The translations under genes were made by a program, and so were the position numbers. The notes under the pieces were generated by a model. The model was not told where the DNA came from and did no database searches. It saw only the letters and a program-made list of their open reading frames with translations. From Candidatus Parcubacteria bacterium (lineage in GTDB: Bacteria > Patescibacteriota > Patescibacteriia > UBA1558 > GWA2-36-10), in assembly GCA_018669975.1 (NCBI GenBank), contig JABHSK010000001.1, forward strand, positions 88,394 through 152,393: DNA of 64,000 nt, given 5' to 3'. How positions within the stretch are numbered: the stretch's first letter is position 1; the number at the start of each line of letters is the position of its first letter. Below, in pieces: positions 27,071 to 36,805 of this stretch.

Positions 27071-27904
27071 TTAGTATTGAGCTAAAATAGTATCACTTAC
27101 ATCGAAAATATGTTTTCCAGCATACTTTTGTAATTCTTTTAGACTTGGTATATGACGCTTTTGTCCTTTTTCAATGACAAATATTTTACCGTCACCGCCT
27201 CTTAGTAAACTACCATCAGCATATTCTTTGACGCCAGCTACACCTTGAGGTGTCCAATCTGGATAAGAATCAACTACAGATTGTGCTACATTATAAATCC
27301 TAGTATAAAGATAATTCTGCATCAAATGCTCAAGAGTTGGAATATGAAATTTCTTTTGTTCTTTAATTTCATATACCTTCATTTCTGGATCACAACCTCT
27401 GATTAATGCTCCATCAGGGAATGTGAATACACCTACAATATCTTCATCTGGTCCAAGTGAACCACTAGGTCTTAAAAATTTACAAATCTCTTCCTCAATC
27501 TTTTCACCTAAAACTTCTTCCGGAATCTTTGGAGCACAGTCGCTTGGCACTGTAAACTCATGACCAACACTATTAGTTGTACCGTCTTCATTGGTAGCTT
27601 TAATAGTGTAGTAATAAGTTGCGCCAGCTTCTAGGCCTTCTAAGGCAAAAGAATGTTCTGTGGCAGTATTTTCAGATTTGTATTCCTGATCTAAATCATT
27701 TTCATCTGTACCATAGATTACCCATGAAATTGAGTTCAATGAAGTATCCCAGGTAATAACAGTATACTTGTCTTGAACGGTAGTTAGCTCTGGACCAACT
27801 TCTTCAGCAGTAGCCATGTTGATTTGTGTGGGAATTCCTGTACCCCAAATCACCAAGGTAAAAGCTGTGAATTGAATCAAGGCTTTACTAAGTAATTTTT
27901 TCAT
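27071..27904 (-). CDS. Secreted protein with fibronectin-III-like N-terminal domain
   Basis: Signal peptide, then a beta-rich domain (TVITWDTSLNSISWVIYG...YYYTIKATN). Function unknown. Confidence 0.55.
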   Translation of the reverse strand: MKKLLSKALIQFTAFTLVIWGTGIPTQINMATAEEVGPELTTVQDKYTVITWDTSLNSISWVIYGTDENDLDQEYKSENTATEHSFALEGLEAGATYYYTIKATNEDGTTNSVGHEFTVPSDCAPKIPEEVLGEKIEEEICKFLRPSGSLGPDEDIVGVFTFPDGALIRGCDPEMKVYEIKEQKKFHIPTLEHLMQNYLYTRIYNVAQSVVDSYPDWTPQGVAGVKEYADGSLLRGGDGKIFVIEKGQKRHIPSLKELQKYAGKHIFDVSDTILAQY

Positions 27905-28033
27905 ATGCTTTAAGATAAATTAATTTCTTAATTCTATATATTAAATTTTTTTATACTTTACAATACAATAATTTACTATGTAGAGTCAATAGCTTTTTTT
28001 GACAAAAAACTTACATCTCCAACTTACTCCAAT

Positions 28034-29842
28034 CTAGAATATTGTCAAGAATACTAAGAGCACTATAACTCCAATAGTAGAAGCAATAGTATGTGGGTGT
28101 TGTTTGCGAACCTCTATAAAGATACTTAACAGTAAAGCAATGATAGCCAAAGTAAGTATCACTTGATAATAAATAGAACTTAAGTCAAATAAAGGCTTTA
28201 TAAATTCTGATTGATTATTCTTTAAAAATACATACTGATTGACAGTTGAATTCTTTACTGGTGTAATATTATCCCAATTTACATCTTTTATAGTAGTATT
28301 TCCAGCCACATCTACAGCTGTTAAACTAGCTAAAACAAGTGGATTAAATAACTTCTCATAATCTATATCCGAAACTATCTTATTTCCGGTCCATTTTCCT
28401 TCTTCACTAAAATCTCTAGTTAAAGCAAGGGTGTAATCATCAAACTTAATATGGGCTGATTCTGTATCATCACTTAAATAGGCAGTGGCTTTAAAAACAA
28501 TATCTTCTTGACCCAGAGGTCTGTTTACTAATACTTTAGTTGCATTTTCATCAACTTCTGGGGCAGTATTATCAATATTTAAAGTATAATTACCAGATAA
28601 CATCACTTCTATACCACGATAGGATTTCAAGCTAATTATATGCTCACCTTCTTCAAGATTTAACTCGGTTATAACTGAATCATTTAGTACATCAAAAGCA
28701 GCTATTTCTTGACCATGATCTAAAATAGCTAAACTCTCAGCGTTTGGTGCTGATATTTCTAAATTAATATTATTACCTGAATTTATAGAATTTGTACTTG
28801 GATTAAGTAATTTTGGTATTACCAACGGTATTACAATTTCTTGAATATTTTCCTCTTTTTCAGCTAAAACATCTTCTTCGGGTTCAGTAATAACTACTAT
28901 TTCTTCTTCATTAGTTCTAGAGTTATCTAGAACTTCTTTTTCTTTTTCTACGATTTCTATGTTATCCACAAGCTCCCCTACTGTTTCTAATACAGCCACT
29001 TCTTCGGGCTCGATCTCCACTACAGGGACTACTTTTGGATCACCAAAGTACTGTGCAGCCAATGAGGTATCGTAACCTTGATAATTACCACTAACCATAG
29101 CTACACCAATCTCTGTAAAATCAGTATCAACCATATTAGCGTAATGAGTTGGACTCTTAACCCAGGCATTCACCACATCCTCGGGATTACTAAAACCTAA
29201 GGCTAAATTTTCACCAGCTACCCTAAAGGAATAATCAGCATCAAATAGCCAGTTCTTTAAGCTTCTGTTGTCAGGACTAGTATGAGCAAAATATTCATTA
29301 ATCATCATATCTTGAGCCTTGGCTAGAGCAGCCGTCTGTAAAACAGGACTTTCTTGTAAGGTATGAATATTTAAATTAGTTCTAATATTATTGGTTAATG
29401 CTACAATCTTTTTACTTTGAGTGTATAAAACATCTGGGGAAAGCCAAGCATGTACAGGAAAAGACATCAAAAAACCAACCATAATGACTTTTATGGCTAC
29501 AGCTGAAATAGCATGAAATGCTAATCTTTTTGGATGTAGAGCTTTTGGTCGATAATTATTATGACGAGTTGGAATAAACAAGTCAGATAATTTACCAGCA
29601 CCTTTAGGATTTCTTCCCAACATAACCTCAACACCATCTTCTACTCCGTCACGATCAGTGTCCGGATCCAATGGGTCTGTTTCATAAACATTTACTTCTT
29701 GGTAGTCACCTAAAGCATCATGATCACTATCTGGATCACGTGGATCAGTGCCTATTTTTTGCTCTTCCTTATCTAGCAAACCATCAGCATCTGAGTCTAT
29801 AGAGTCTTTACCAAGATTTTTATTGTTTTTTTTATTGGGCAT
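28034..29842 (-). CDS. CAP/SCP/PR1-domain membrane protein with N-terminal thrombospondin-type-3 (DxDxDG) repeats
   Basis: Repeated DSDADGLLD / DPDSDHD / DPDTDRDGVEDG motifs, a TM helix, the CAP-domain motifs (HYANMVD, GENLA) and a C-terminal TM anchor. Confidence 0.7.
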   Translation of the reverse strand: MPNKKNNKNLGKDSIDSDADGLLDKEEQKIGTDPRDPDSDHDALGDYQEVNVYETDPLDPDTDRDGVEDGVEVMLGRNPKGAGKLSDLFIPTRHNNYRPKALHPKRLAFHAISAVAIKVIMVGFLMSFPVHAWLSPDVLYTQSKKIVALTNNIRTNLNIHTLQESPVLQTAALAKAQDMMINEYFAHTSPDNRSLKNWLFDADYSFRVAGENLALGFSNPEDVVNAWVKSPTHYANMVDTDFTEIGVAMVSGNYQGYDTSLAAQYFGDPKVVPVVEIEPEEVAVLETVGELVDNIEIVEKEKEVLDNSRTNEEEIVVITEPEEDVLAEKEENIQEIVIPLVIPKLLNPSTNSINSGNNINLEISAPNAESLAILDHGQEIAAFDVLNDSVITELNLEEGEHIISLKSYRGIEVMLSGNYTLNIDNTAPEVDENATKVLVNRPLGQEDIVFKATAYLSDDTESAHIKFDDYTLALTRDFSEEGKWTGNKIVSDIDYEKLFNPLVLASLTAVDVAGNTTIKDVNWDNITPVKNSTVNQYVFLKNNQSEFIKPLFDLSSIYYQVILTLAIIALLLSIFIEVRKQHPHTIASTIGVIVLLVFLTIF

Positions 29843-29953
29843 GGTCCTAAAATTAATATACTATTAAAGCATAGATTTTTATTTCTGTCAATAGCTAGCT
29901 AAAAAATCTATTTTCGTATGTTTAATTATACCATAAAAATCAGCAAAAATGTA

Positions 29954-30000
29954 TAAAAAAAGAGGAGGAAAACACCCAGCCGTTGCTGTTTGTTCTCCTC
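29954..30000 (-). terminator. Intrinsic terminator after the GC-rich gene pair
   Basis: Minus-strand hairpin GAGGAGAACAAACAGCAACGGCTGGGTGTTTTCCTCCTC followed by TTTTTTT. Confidence 0.5.
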
Positions 30001-30028
30001 CCCTGTGCTAGGGAAACAAGCTTAAATC

Positions 30029-31057
30029 TTAGGGGTTATTACCCACATTAAGATCCTGCATGAATCCTTCGCCACCGGCGGTCATATCGAGCTTTCCAGC
30101 CTCGATGATGGTTGTGGCGGTCTCCACATCACAATAGTTGATGTAGATAGTGCCTGCCGGCTTAGGTTGCCAGAAGGTCAATTCTTCCGAATCAGGATGG
30201 ATACGCTGGTTGACACGAGCTCCAGCAGCTACTTCGATTTGGGGTGCAGATTCAAGACTACGGGTCGAGGCTCCGATCAACGGACCTCTACTACTAAACC
30301 TCTTGACTCCGAGATTACCCCTACGATAGCGGCCACCGTAACTGTGTCCACCACCGGCAAAACCGACATCACCTAAGAGATCTCGGTAGACAGACGGCGG
30401 CGGAGCCGGTCGTTCTTCCCGACTGAGGTAGAAAGCAATGCCAATGGCAAAGACTCGCTCAGCTCCGATGACCTGAGCAGCCACACCACGCATCATTTCC
30501 TCAGTAAAGTAGAACTGACGGACTACACCGTCCTTAGCTCGGAAGCCATCCAACCAGAAACTCCCACGGGGAGTAACATTGCTGGCCAGATAATTCTGGG
30601 AATCCCACTTGAAGCCGCAGTCTGCGCAAAAACGCTCGTGACCGAGCTTGGTGCCGTGTACCGGACAATTGTCATGGTACTGCTCCAAGGAGTGGTCATC
30701 TACCTTGCGACCTGTAATGGCGTTGATACCCTGAACTGAAACCAGAGCTGCCACATGGTGAGTGTGTCCGGCATTGCCGTTGAAATCCAACCAGAGTCCG
30801 TGTTCCGACATAACCGGGACAAAGAAACTGGCAGCATCGGCATTGCCACGCATCCAGGAATCTGGACATGCCAGATACTCGTCAACTGCAAAGGCAGGAC
30901 GTCGGTTGTAGGGCGGTAGGCCTTGAGCTACCTCATTGCCTGAGCCATCATCCCGACGCTTGAGCGCCTTAGGCATGTTGAGAGTACAGGTAAGTCCGTT
31001 GATGGACATTTCGGTGCTACCACCACGTCCGCTGGCAAAAGGGTCGTTGGTACTCAT
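30029..31057 (-). CDS. Hypothetical protein, about 55% GC, with CxxH...CxxC zinc-ribbon-like motif
   Basis: 342 aa. RBS GAGGAG before MSTNDPF. Contains CPVHGTKLGHERFCADCGFKW and a Gly/Arg-rich segment GGGHSYGGRYRRGN. No family recognized. Confidence 0.6.
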   Translation of the reverse strand: MSTNDPFASGRGGSTEMSINGLTCTLNMPKALKRRDDGSGNEVAQGLPPYNRRPAFAVDEYLACPDSWMRGNADAASFFVPVMSEHGLWLDFNGNAGHTHHVAALVSVQGINAITGRKVDDHSLEQYHDNCPVHGTKLGHERFCADCGFKWDSQNYLASNVTPRGSFWLDGFRAKDGVVRQFYFTEEMMRGVAAQVIGAERVFAIGIAFYLSREERPAPPPSVYRDLLGDVGFAGGGHSYGGRYRRGNLGVKRFSSRGPLIGASTRSLESAPQIEVAAGARVNQRIHPDSEELTFWQPKPAGTIYINYCDVETATTIIEAGKLDMTAGGEGFMQDLNVGNNP

Positions 31058-31152
31058 TATCGATCTCCTCGTTTAGTAAACCAAAGATTGGTGCGGCGGG
31101 ACGGTCAGACCGTCCCGCCGCGAAATCACCCGATATTTACTAGACACTAGGT

Positions 31153-32031
31153 CTAGAACCTACGGTGTTTACCTCCAAAGGGATTATTGAGACCATTACC
31201 ATTCTGTCCGGTCCGCATAAGCTTAAGCGAAGGCAAGCCTCCGCCCTGCTTAAGTGCATCGAACATGACAGAAGCCTGCGAATAACGCTGACGAATCTTG
31301 CTCTCGGCATCATCGCCGAAAACCATGTCCATCACCGTATGGGCATCGTTGAGCTGGTTGACGACCACCTCTCGGGTCTCCTTGACGGTCAAATGGACCA
31401 GAACACGTACATCGAAAGGCACTCCGGCCCAACTACGATTAGTCTGATCACAGGTACCGTCGGGACGAAGCATGCGTCCCGGATAGAGCGGATTTTCATC
31501 CGCCGTCATATCCGGCCGTTCACCGATGCGGAAGGTCTGACGGGGACGTTCGTCCACCACCATGGTCTCGCGCTCGGGGAACTTGTCCCTGAGCTCATCA
31601 ACCAAAGTCGTGGAAGGCTCCACGTTGACCGTACCGTTATCGTTGAAAACGATACAGCGACCACCATTTGACAGCGTACTGAGACGCTTGCCAACAGGAT
31701 TGTCCGGGTCACGCGGATCGTAGTGCTCGAGGAGCTCTGCGACTGCCATACCCTGGGCACGCCTTTCGGTAATCACTGTCGGACGCTTCTTGTCCTGCTC
31801 GCGCTCGCGAAAAATTTTGGCCACTCGCTTGGCCACAAACTTTGGCAGACCACACTCCTGCAAATCCTCCCAGGAACATTCCTGCAAGGCCTCCAGGGTG
31901 GTGCCGCCTGCCAGGCGGAGTTTTTGGAAGAAGTCCGAGGTGGAAATACCCGTTCCGCCACCGGAATGAGCACTTTCGTTGTTAGCTGCGATGGCCTCAC
32001 GGGCCTGTTCGATCTTCTGTTCGTAAGACAT
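31153..32031 (-). CDS. Hypothetical protein, about 57% GC
   Basis: 293 aa from an internal ATG preceded by SD AAAGGAGAGA (MSYEQKIEQ...). An opposite-strand ORF is also open, as expected for a GC-rich block. No family recognized. Confidence 0.55.
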   Translation of the reverse strand: MSYEQKIEQAREAIAANNESAHSGGGTGISTSDFFQKLRLAGGTTLEALQECSWEDLQECGLPKFVAKRVAKIFREREQDKKRPTVITERRAQGMAVAELLEHYDPRDPDNPVGKRLSTLSNGGRCIVFNDNGTVNVEPSTTLVDELRDKFPERETMVVDERPRQTFRIGERPDMTADENPLYPGRMLRPDGTCDQTNRSWAGVPFDVRVLVHLTVKETREVVVNQLNDAHTVMDMVFGDDAESKIRQRYSQASVMFDALKQGGGLPSLKLMRTGQNGNGLNNPFGGKHRRF

Positions 32032-32461
32032 GTGTCTCTCCTTTGCTCTCAAGCTCTCTCTCGCTCTTAGCAAATCTTTTTCACCTGATAAACCTCAGGT
32101 AAAGCCGACGAGATATCAATGTATCCTCCCTCCTTTCCTGTCGAAAATTGACCCCAAGGGTCAGAAAAAGACCCTCGGAATTTCCGGTAAAACTAGATTC
32201 TACCGGCCGAGGAGTTAAACCCCTATTTTAATACAAATAAGAAACTAACTCCTGACCAATAAAACCTATATTTATTAAGGTACAAACGTTAGACATTATA
32301 ATAAAATCAGTGCTTTGTCAATTCTTATTTATTATAATAAAAAATGTTTAAAGTGGCTATATTGACAAAAACATCAAATATTATTAAAGTACTCTATTGT
32401 TATATTCAGCAAAGAAAAATCCTGAAAAACTCGTACCTTTAAAAAGGAGAAAAAACTAGGC

Positions 32462-32995
32462 ATGAAAAACCTAAAAGAGCTTGGCTTAAAACTACTCGAG
32501 CCTTTTCGCATCTTTTTTGTCGACTTGGTCTGGAGAGAAATGACACACCCTTCATGGGGTAATCGCCTGACGGCCTATAGCGCACTTGCCATCTTTGGTT
32601 TTGTCTTTGGCTTTGTGCTTATTGTACTGTCTGAAGATCTACCGACCTACGACGAACTGGCAGCCAAAGACCCCAATGCGCCATTTACCGAGTGGCAAGC
32701 TGTGGTCGAGGGTGTCCGATATCCTTCGTGGGATGATCTTACTTTAGGATTAATCTTGGACCGACTCAAGCAAAAAGCTCGAAGATATGAAGAATGGATG
32801 GTGGTATACAACACCTCAGTGGGCCGAGGCGCTCACCGACGAGTAGAACGACTATCTCTAGAAAAACTTCTGGAAACTGCCCAAAGCTACGAGCAAGCTG
32901 AATTCGTCTATAAACACCACAACTACCATCGCCATCTCAAGGGTCAAGCCTTGGGTAAAATGGCCAACCTGACCCAAAATACAGGGAGAAAGTAA
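32462..32995 (+). CDS. Membrane-anchored protein of a novel 31-32 aa tandem helical-repeat family
   Basis: N-terminal TM helix, then repeats of type A-x-x-KMA-x-LA-x-x-x-x-W-x-x-VY (for example LEKLLETAQSYEQAEFVYKHHNY..GQALGKMANLT). GC about 50%. Confidence 0.6.
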   Translation: MKNLKELGLKLLEPFRIFFVDLVWREMTHPSWGNRLTAYSALAIFGFVFGFVLIVLSEDLPTYDELAAKDPNAPFTEWQAVVEGVRYPSWDDLTLGLILDRLKQKARRYEEWMVVYNTSVGRGAHRRVERLSLEKLLETAQSYEQAEFVYKHHNYHRHLKGQALGKMANLTQNTGRK

Positions 32996-33577
32996 TGCTC
33001 ACAATCAAACACCTTCTCGGATGGCCCCTACGATATCTCAATAGCGAATGGAAGAACGCCCCTTTCTCAGTCCGCCTGATGATGATCGTAGTAGGAATAT
33101 TCTTTTCGCTACTGATCTTCCTGAGTACTGCATCCTGGATCGAGCAAACGCCCTCATTTGAAACCTTGGCCGCCAAGGATGATGACACCTCGTTCCAAGA
33201 ATGGAGAGATATAGAGGCGCAGGCCAAATATTCAAAGTGGAATGAAGCCAGCTTCACGCTAATCATCACCAATATGCAGCAAAAGGCTGAAAGCTACGAT
33301 GACTGTCTTCAAAACCGTCAAGGGTAATAATCATTATAGACACATCGAAAGAGCTGCTCTGACTCAATCGCTAAACAAGGCTGAGGCCTATGAGCAAGCC
33401 AAGTGGCTCTACAAAAATGACGACTACAACAGCGATCTCAAAAGCGCGGCCTTAGAAAAAATGGCTGCTCTAGCCAGTACCTACGATGAGTGGGAATATG
33501 TCTTCGAGAAAACCTATCCAGCTCATCCACTGCATGCTCGTGCTTTACGTAAAATGCAAGAACTAACCTCATCCTAA
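32995..33577 (+). pseudogene. Frameshifted paralog of the 32462-32995 repeat protein (ORFs 32995-33327 and 33299-33577)
   Basis: The two overlapping frames together align colinearly with the upstream paralog. KQKARRYEE|WMVVYNTSVGRGAHRRVER aligns with QQKAESYDD in frame 1 and MTVFKTVKGNNHYRHIER in frame 2. The shift lies near 33295-33305. Confidence 0.45.
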
Positions 33578-33591
33578 CAAGGAGTCAGAAC

Positions 33592-34656
33592 ATGCCAAAA
33601 CGTTGGGTAGTACCTATTATATTAACTTCTGTATTGGCAAGCATAGTCATAACTATTCTTTTGAACAAATCACCCTCTTTTGAGGAGCTGGTTGCCCAGA
33701 ACCTAACTTTTGGCGAATGGGTCGAGGCCTATGACGATGCCAAGTATGGCTCTGACGAGCGCAAGCTGATCATCCAGAAGATGGCTGAAGGAGCCACGGA
33801 ATTTGCTCAATGGGATATTGTCCGAGAAAAAGCTGGCTATGACAGCGATTTTGATGATCTGGCCGTGCAAAACATGGCCCTCACAGCCCAGACCGCCAAA
33901 CAATGGCATCGACTAATGACTGTCACCTACGACCATGAGCTACGCCAAACTGCTGTGGCGAAAATCCAAGAGCTGTGCGCTAGCTTTGAAGATTGGCAAG
34001 CTGTCTACAAAATATCTTCTTGGTCCAGTGGCAGCAGCGAATATATGGCTGAGATGTCCATAACTAAGATGCTGGAAACTGCCCAGACCTTTGAGCAGGC
34101 CCAGTTTACTTTTAGTAGACTAAGCAACAGAAGCGAACAATACCAAGCTGCCGTAACAACTATGGCTAAGCTGGCTGGCAACTACCAGCAATGGAATATT
34201 GTCTACGAGGCTGCTCACTGGCAAGACAGAGACACCAGAAATCAAGCCTTGGCCGCTATGCGTAATCGTGCCGACAATTTTGAGCAGTGGAAGATTATTT
34301 ACCGCCACTCTGAGCGTGATAGCCCGAAACGGGTGGAAGCCGTAGAACGTATGGCTGATTATGCTGGCGTTTTTCTGGAGTGGGCTGATGTCTACACTGC
34401 CATACCCGATGAGCACGAGCTCAAGCAAATTGCCTTTGTACTCATGGATCAATCTCCACTACCGTTTGATATGTGGTATGATGTCTGGACTACTCACGGT
34501 TCCAAAAAGGTCAAATCACTAGCTTTTAGCAAGCTGAGCAAGCAAGCTCACACCTTTGACCAGTGGCACAAGATCTGGCAGAATTCACCCTCGGGTAGTG
34601 ATACCGAATCCATGGCCCTAGCCAAAATGCAAGAGTTTAGCACTGCTTCTCCTTAA
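33592..34656 (+). CDS. Membrane-anchored protein with about 10 tandem 31-32 aa helical repeats (same novel family)
   Basis: N-terminal TM helix, then KMAEGATEFAQWDIV..., TMAKLAGNYQQWNIVYEAA..., AMRNRADNFEQWKIIYRHS..., RMADYAGVFLEWADVYTAI..., KLSKQAHTFDQWHKIWQNS... Confidence 0.65.
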   Translation: MPKRWVVPIILTSVLASIVITILLNKSPSFEELVAQNLTFGEWVEAYDDAKYGSDERKLIIQKMAEGATEFAQWDIVREKAGYDSDFDDLAVQNMALTAQTAKQWHRLMTVTYDHELRQTAVAKIQELCASFEDWQAVYKISSWSSGSSEYMAEMSITKMLETAQTFEQAQFTFSRLSNRSEQYQAAVTTMAKLAGNYQQWNIVYEAAHWQDRDTRNQALAAMRNRADNFEQWKIIYRHSERDSPKRVEAVERMADYAGVFLEWADVYTAIPDEHELKQIAFVLMDQSPLPFDMWYDVWTTHGSKKVKSLAFSKLSKQAHTFDQWHKIWQNSPSGSDTESMALAKMQEFSTASP

Positions 34657-34666
34657 CAAAAATGTA

Positions 34667-34700
34667 CCCCGTACTTAAATGTGCGGGGTTTTTATTTTAT
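34667..34700 (+). terminator. Intrinsic terminator; a near-identical copy recurs at 35752
   Basis: Hairpin CCCCGTACTTAAATGTGCGGGG followed by a T-run. Confidence 0.6.
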
Positions 34701-34820
34701 CTCTTTACAAATAGACCAAATAATGGCAAGATACGGTCAGCGTTCATTGTCCTTTATAGCTCCGACAGAATCCTTAGAACGCGGGAATGGCTGTCTTTGC
34801 ACTTTCACCGATGGGATTTA

Positions 34821-35726
34821 ATGGCCCGTCGAGAAATGAGAGGTCCTCCAATGGCACGAGATGTAAAACCCCGAGATCTCCAAGAACCAATGTCTAGAAA
34901 GGCCATCGTCATAATGATTGGCTGGCTAGCACTATTCTGCCTGCTAGGTTTCCTAACCCTCAAGAGAATATCTAACCCTGAAATGATTTTCGTTTTTTTA
35001 CTGGAAATGTTTATTGTGTCTTACTGCTTCTACTATATTGGCTCGGAGTGGTTTCCTAGAAACTTCAAGACTCGATATCTCTGGTACTGGCTGGAAAGAC
35101 CACAAAATGAAGACAGAAGGCTTCGTTGCCAGACTGGTTTTAATCCATCACGAGCTCCTGTAGCTTTTCGACTCAAAATCTCCGGCTGGTCCGGTAATAA
35201 TCAGATCTTTGTTGATGGAAAGCCTAGTGATGACTGGCGAGTGGAAGTCTTTAAAGACTTGGACTTTTTTAGCTATCACGACTTGATTATCTATGACAAG
35301 GAAGGTAGACCACTATACATTGAAGGTCATGGTTTCCATAGTGTCGAATACCTACTCTGGGTCGTCGAGAGTGCACCTGATCTTTCCAAACATTGGAACT
35401 ATGAATATACCATCGCCAAAGAACACCGTGATATGATCAATGCGCTACTAGTCCTGGAGGAAGCCTCTGCTCCTGATGGAACCATGGGTAATAAATGGCA
35501 AGCCAAATTTATCCGAGATTTCGTCGGCGCAGAACTTGACCAAGTAATCGGTAGGTGGCTCAATGGTGAGTCCACGGATGATCTCCTTCCTGGAACTGAT
35601 CTGAAGCTGTCGTGCAAACGATATGATCTAGAAAATGTTCTTCGAAATTGCACTGGCAGAATGAGACTGCTACCGGCCGAACCTGTGTTCAGGTGTAGTG
35701 AGAAGAAAATGATAACTACATCCTGA
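34821..35726 (+). CDS. Hypothetical membrane protein (2 TM helices) with C-terminal soluble domain
   Basis: The ORF-track start at 34662 overlaps the upstream terminator. More plausible starts are MARREMRG (34821) or MSRKAIV (34890). No motif recognized. Confidence 0.45.
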   Translation: MARREMRGPPMARDVKPRDLQEPMSRKAIVIMIGWLALFCLLGFLTLKRISNPEMIFVFLLEMFIVSYCFYYIGSEWFPRNFKTRYLWYWLERPQNEDRRLRCQTGFNPSRAPVAFRLKISGWSGNNQIFVDGKPSDDWRVEVFKDLDFFSYHDLIIYDKEGRPLYIEGHGFHSVEYLLWVVESAPDLSKHWNYEYTIAKEHRDMINALLVLEEASAPDGTMGNKWQAKFIRDFVGAELDQVIGRWLNGESTDDLLPGTDLKLSCKRYDLENVLRNCTGRMRLLPAEPVFRCSEKKMITTS

Positions 35727-35751
35727 AACTAATCGGAGCAAAATAAAAACA

Positions 35752-35785
35752 CCCCGTACTCAAAGTGCGGGGTCTTCTTTTTATT
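35752..35785. terminator. Bidirectional intrinsic terminator (shared with rlmN on the minus strand)
   Basis: Hairpin CCCCGTACTCAAAGTGCGGGG with T-runs on both strands. Confidence 0.6.
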
Positions 35786-35797
35786 TAAATTTATTTT

Positions 35798-36796
35798 TTA
35801 CTTACAGTTTTTCTTGTTGGCCAATTGACCACAGGCAGCATCTATGTCCTGACCAAAACTATAACGCTGGGTAACACCTACGCCCTCTTGCTCTAATACT
35901 TTTCTAAAATCTTCAATAGCATTTTTATCTGAAGCCTTGTAAACATCCGTAGGATTATAAGCTATAAGGTTGACCATATATAATGGTTTCTTCATCAACT
36001 CCGCCAATTCTTTGGCCTGCTCTGGACTGTCATTGATACCCTTAATCATTAAATATTCAAACATTACCCTACGACCCGTTTTAATAATATATTTATCGAC
36101 AGCCTTAAATAAGTCCTTCATTGGAAAACGCTTATTGATAGGCATCAACTCGTTACGCAGTCTATCATTAGGGGCGTGTAAAGAAATCGCTAAATTAACT
36201 TGCATTTTTTCATTAGCTAGCTTATCTATACCATTTAGCACTCCACTGGTAGATATAGAAATATGACGAGCACCAATACCCAAATCCTCATTAAGATATT
36301 TAATAGCCTTGATAGTGTTATCATAATTTAAAAATGGCTCCCCCATTCCCATAACAACTACATTAGAAACTCGCTTGTCTTCTTCTTTGAGTATTCTAGA
36401 AAAAAATAACACCTGCTGCAACATTTCTTCTACTTCTAGGTTTCTTTTTAGACCCATCTTGCCAGTGGCACAAAATGTACAGGCTAAAGAACAACCTACT
36501 TGAGTAGATACACAAACAGTGTGCCGCCCGTCTTTGTGAGACAACATTACTGTTTCAATCTGCAAACCGTCAGCTAAAGTAATTAAAGCCTTGGTGGTTT
36601 TAGCATCTCGGGAAGCAAAAATCTGCCCATCTATTTCCAAAGGGCACTCTTTATTTAATTTTTCCTTGAAGTCCTTAGAAATATTTGAAGCTTCAGACCA
36701 ATTACTAGCTAATTTCTTGAAGATAGCATCTTTAGCCTGTTGGATACGATATTTAGGCTGACCTTCTAATACTTTGTATAGTTTATTTAAATTCAT
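35798..36796 (-). CDS. rlmN: 23S rRNA (adenine2503-C2)-methyltransferase, radical SAM
   Basis: CSLACTFC (CxxxCxxC), MGMGEP and the C-terminal ACGQL match the RlmN/Cfr family. Confidence 0.9.
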   Translation of the reverse strand: MNLNKLYKVLEGQPKYRIQQAKDAIFKKLASNWSEASNISKDFKEKLNKECPLEIDGQIFASRDAKTTKALITLADGLQIETVMLSHKDGRHTVCVSTQVGCSLACTFCATGKMGLKRNLEVEEMLQQVLFFSRILKEEDKRVSNVVVMGMGEPFLNYDNTIKAIKYLNEDLGIGARHISISTSGVLNGIDKLANEKMQVNLAISLHAPNDRLRNELMPINKRFPMKDLFKAVDKYIIKTGRRVMFEYLMIKGINDSPEQAKELAELMKKPLYMVNLIAYNPTDVYKASDKNAIEDFRKVLEQEGVGVTQRYSFGQDIDAACGQLANKKNCK

Positions 36797-36805
36797 CCTG
36801 TTTAT

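Noticed and set aside
31165-32070. Plus-strand ORFs (168 aa, 115 aa) antisense to the GC-rich gene 31153-32031
   Set aside because: Same GC artifact. The minus-strand frame carries the SD and a contiguous 293-aa product.
34662-34820. ORF-track start of the 354-aa ORF at 34662
   Set aside because: The first 50 codons overlap the intrinsic terminator hairpin of the preceding gene and have no RBS. An internal start (34821 or 34890) is more plausible.
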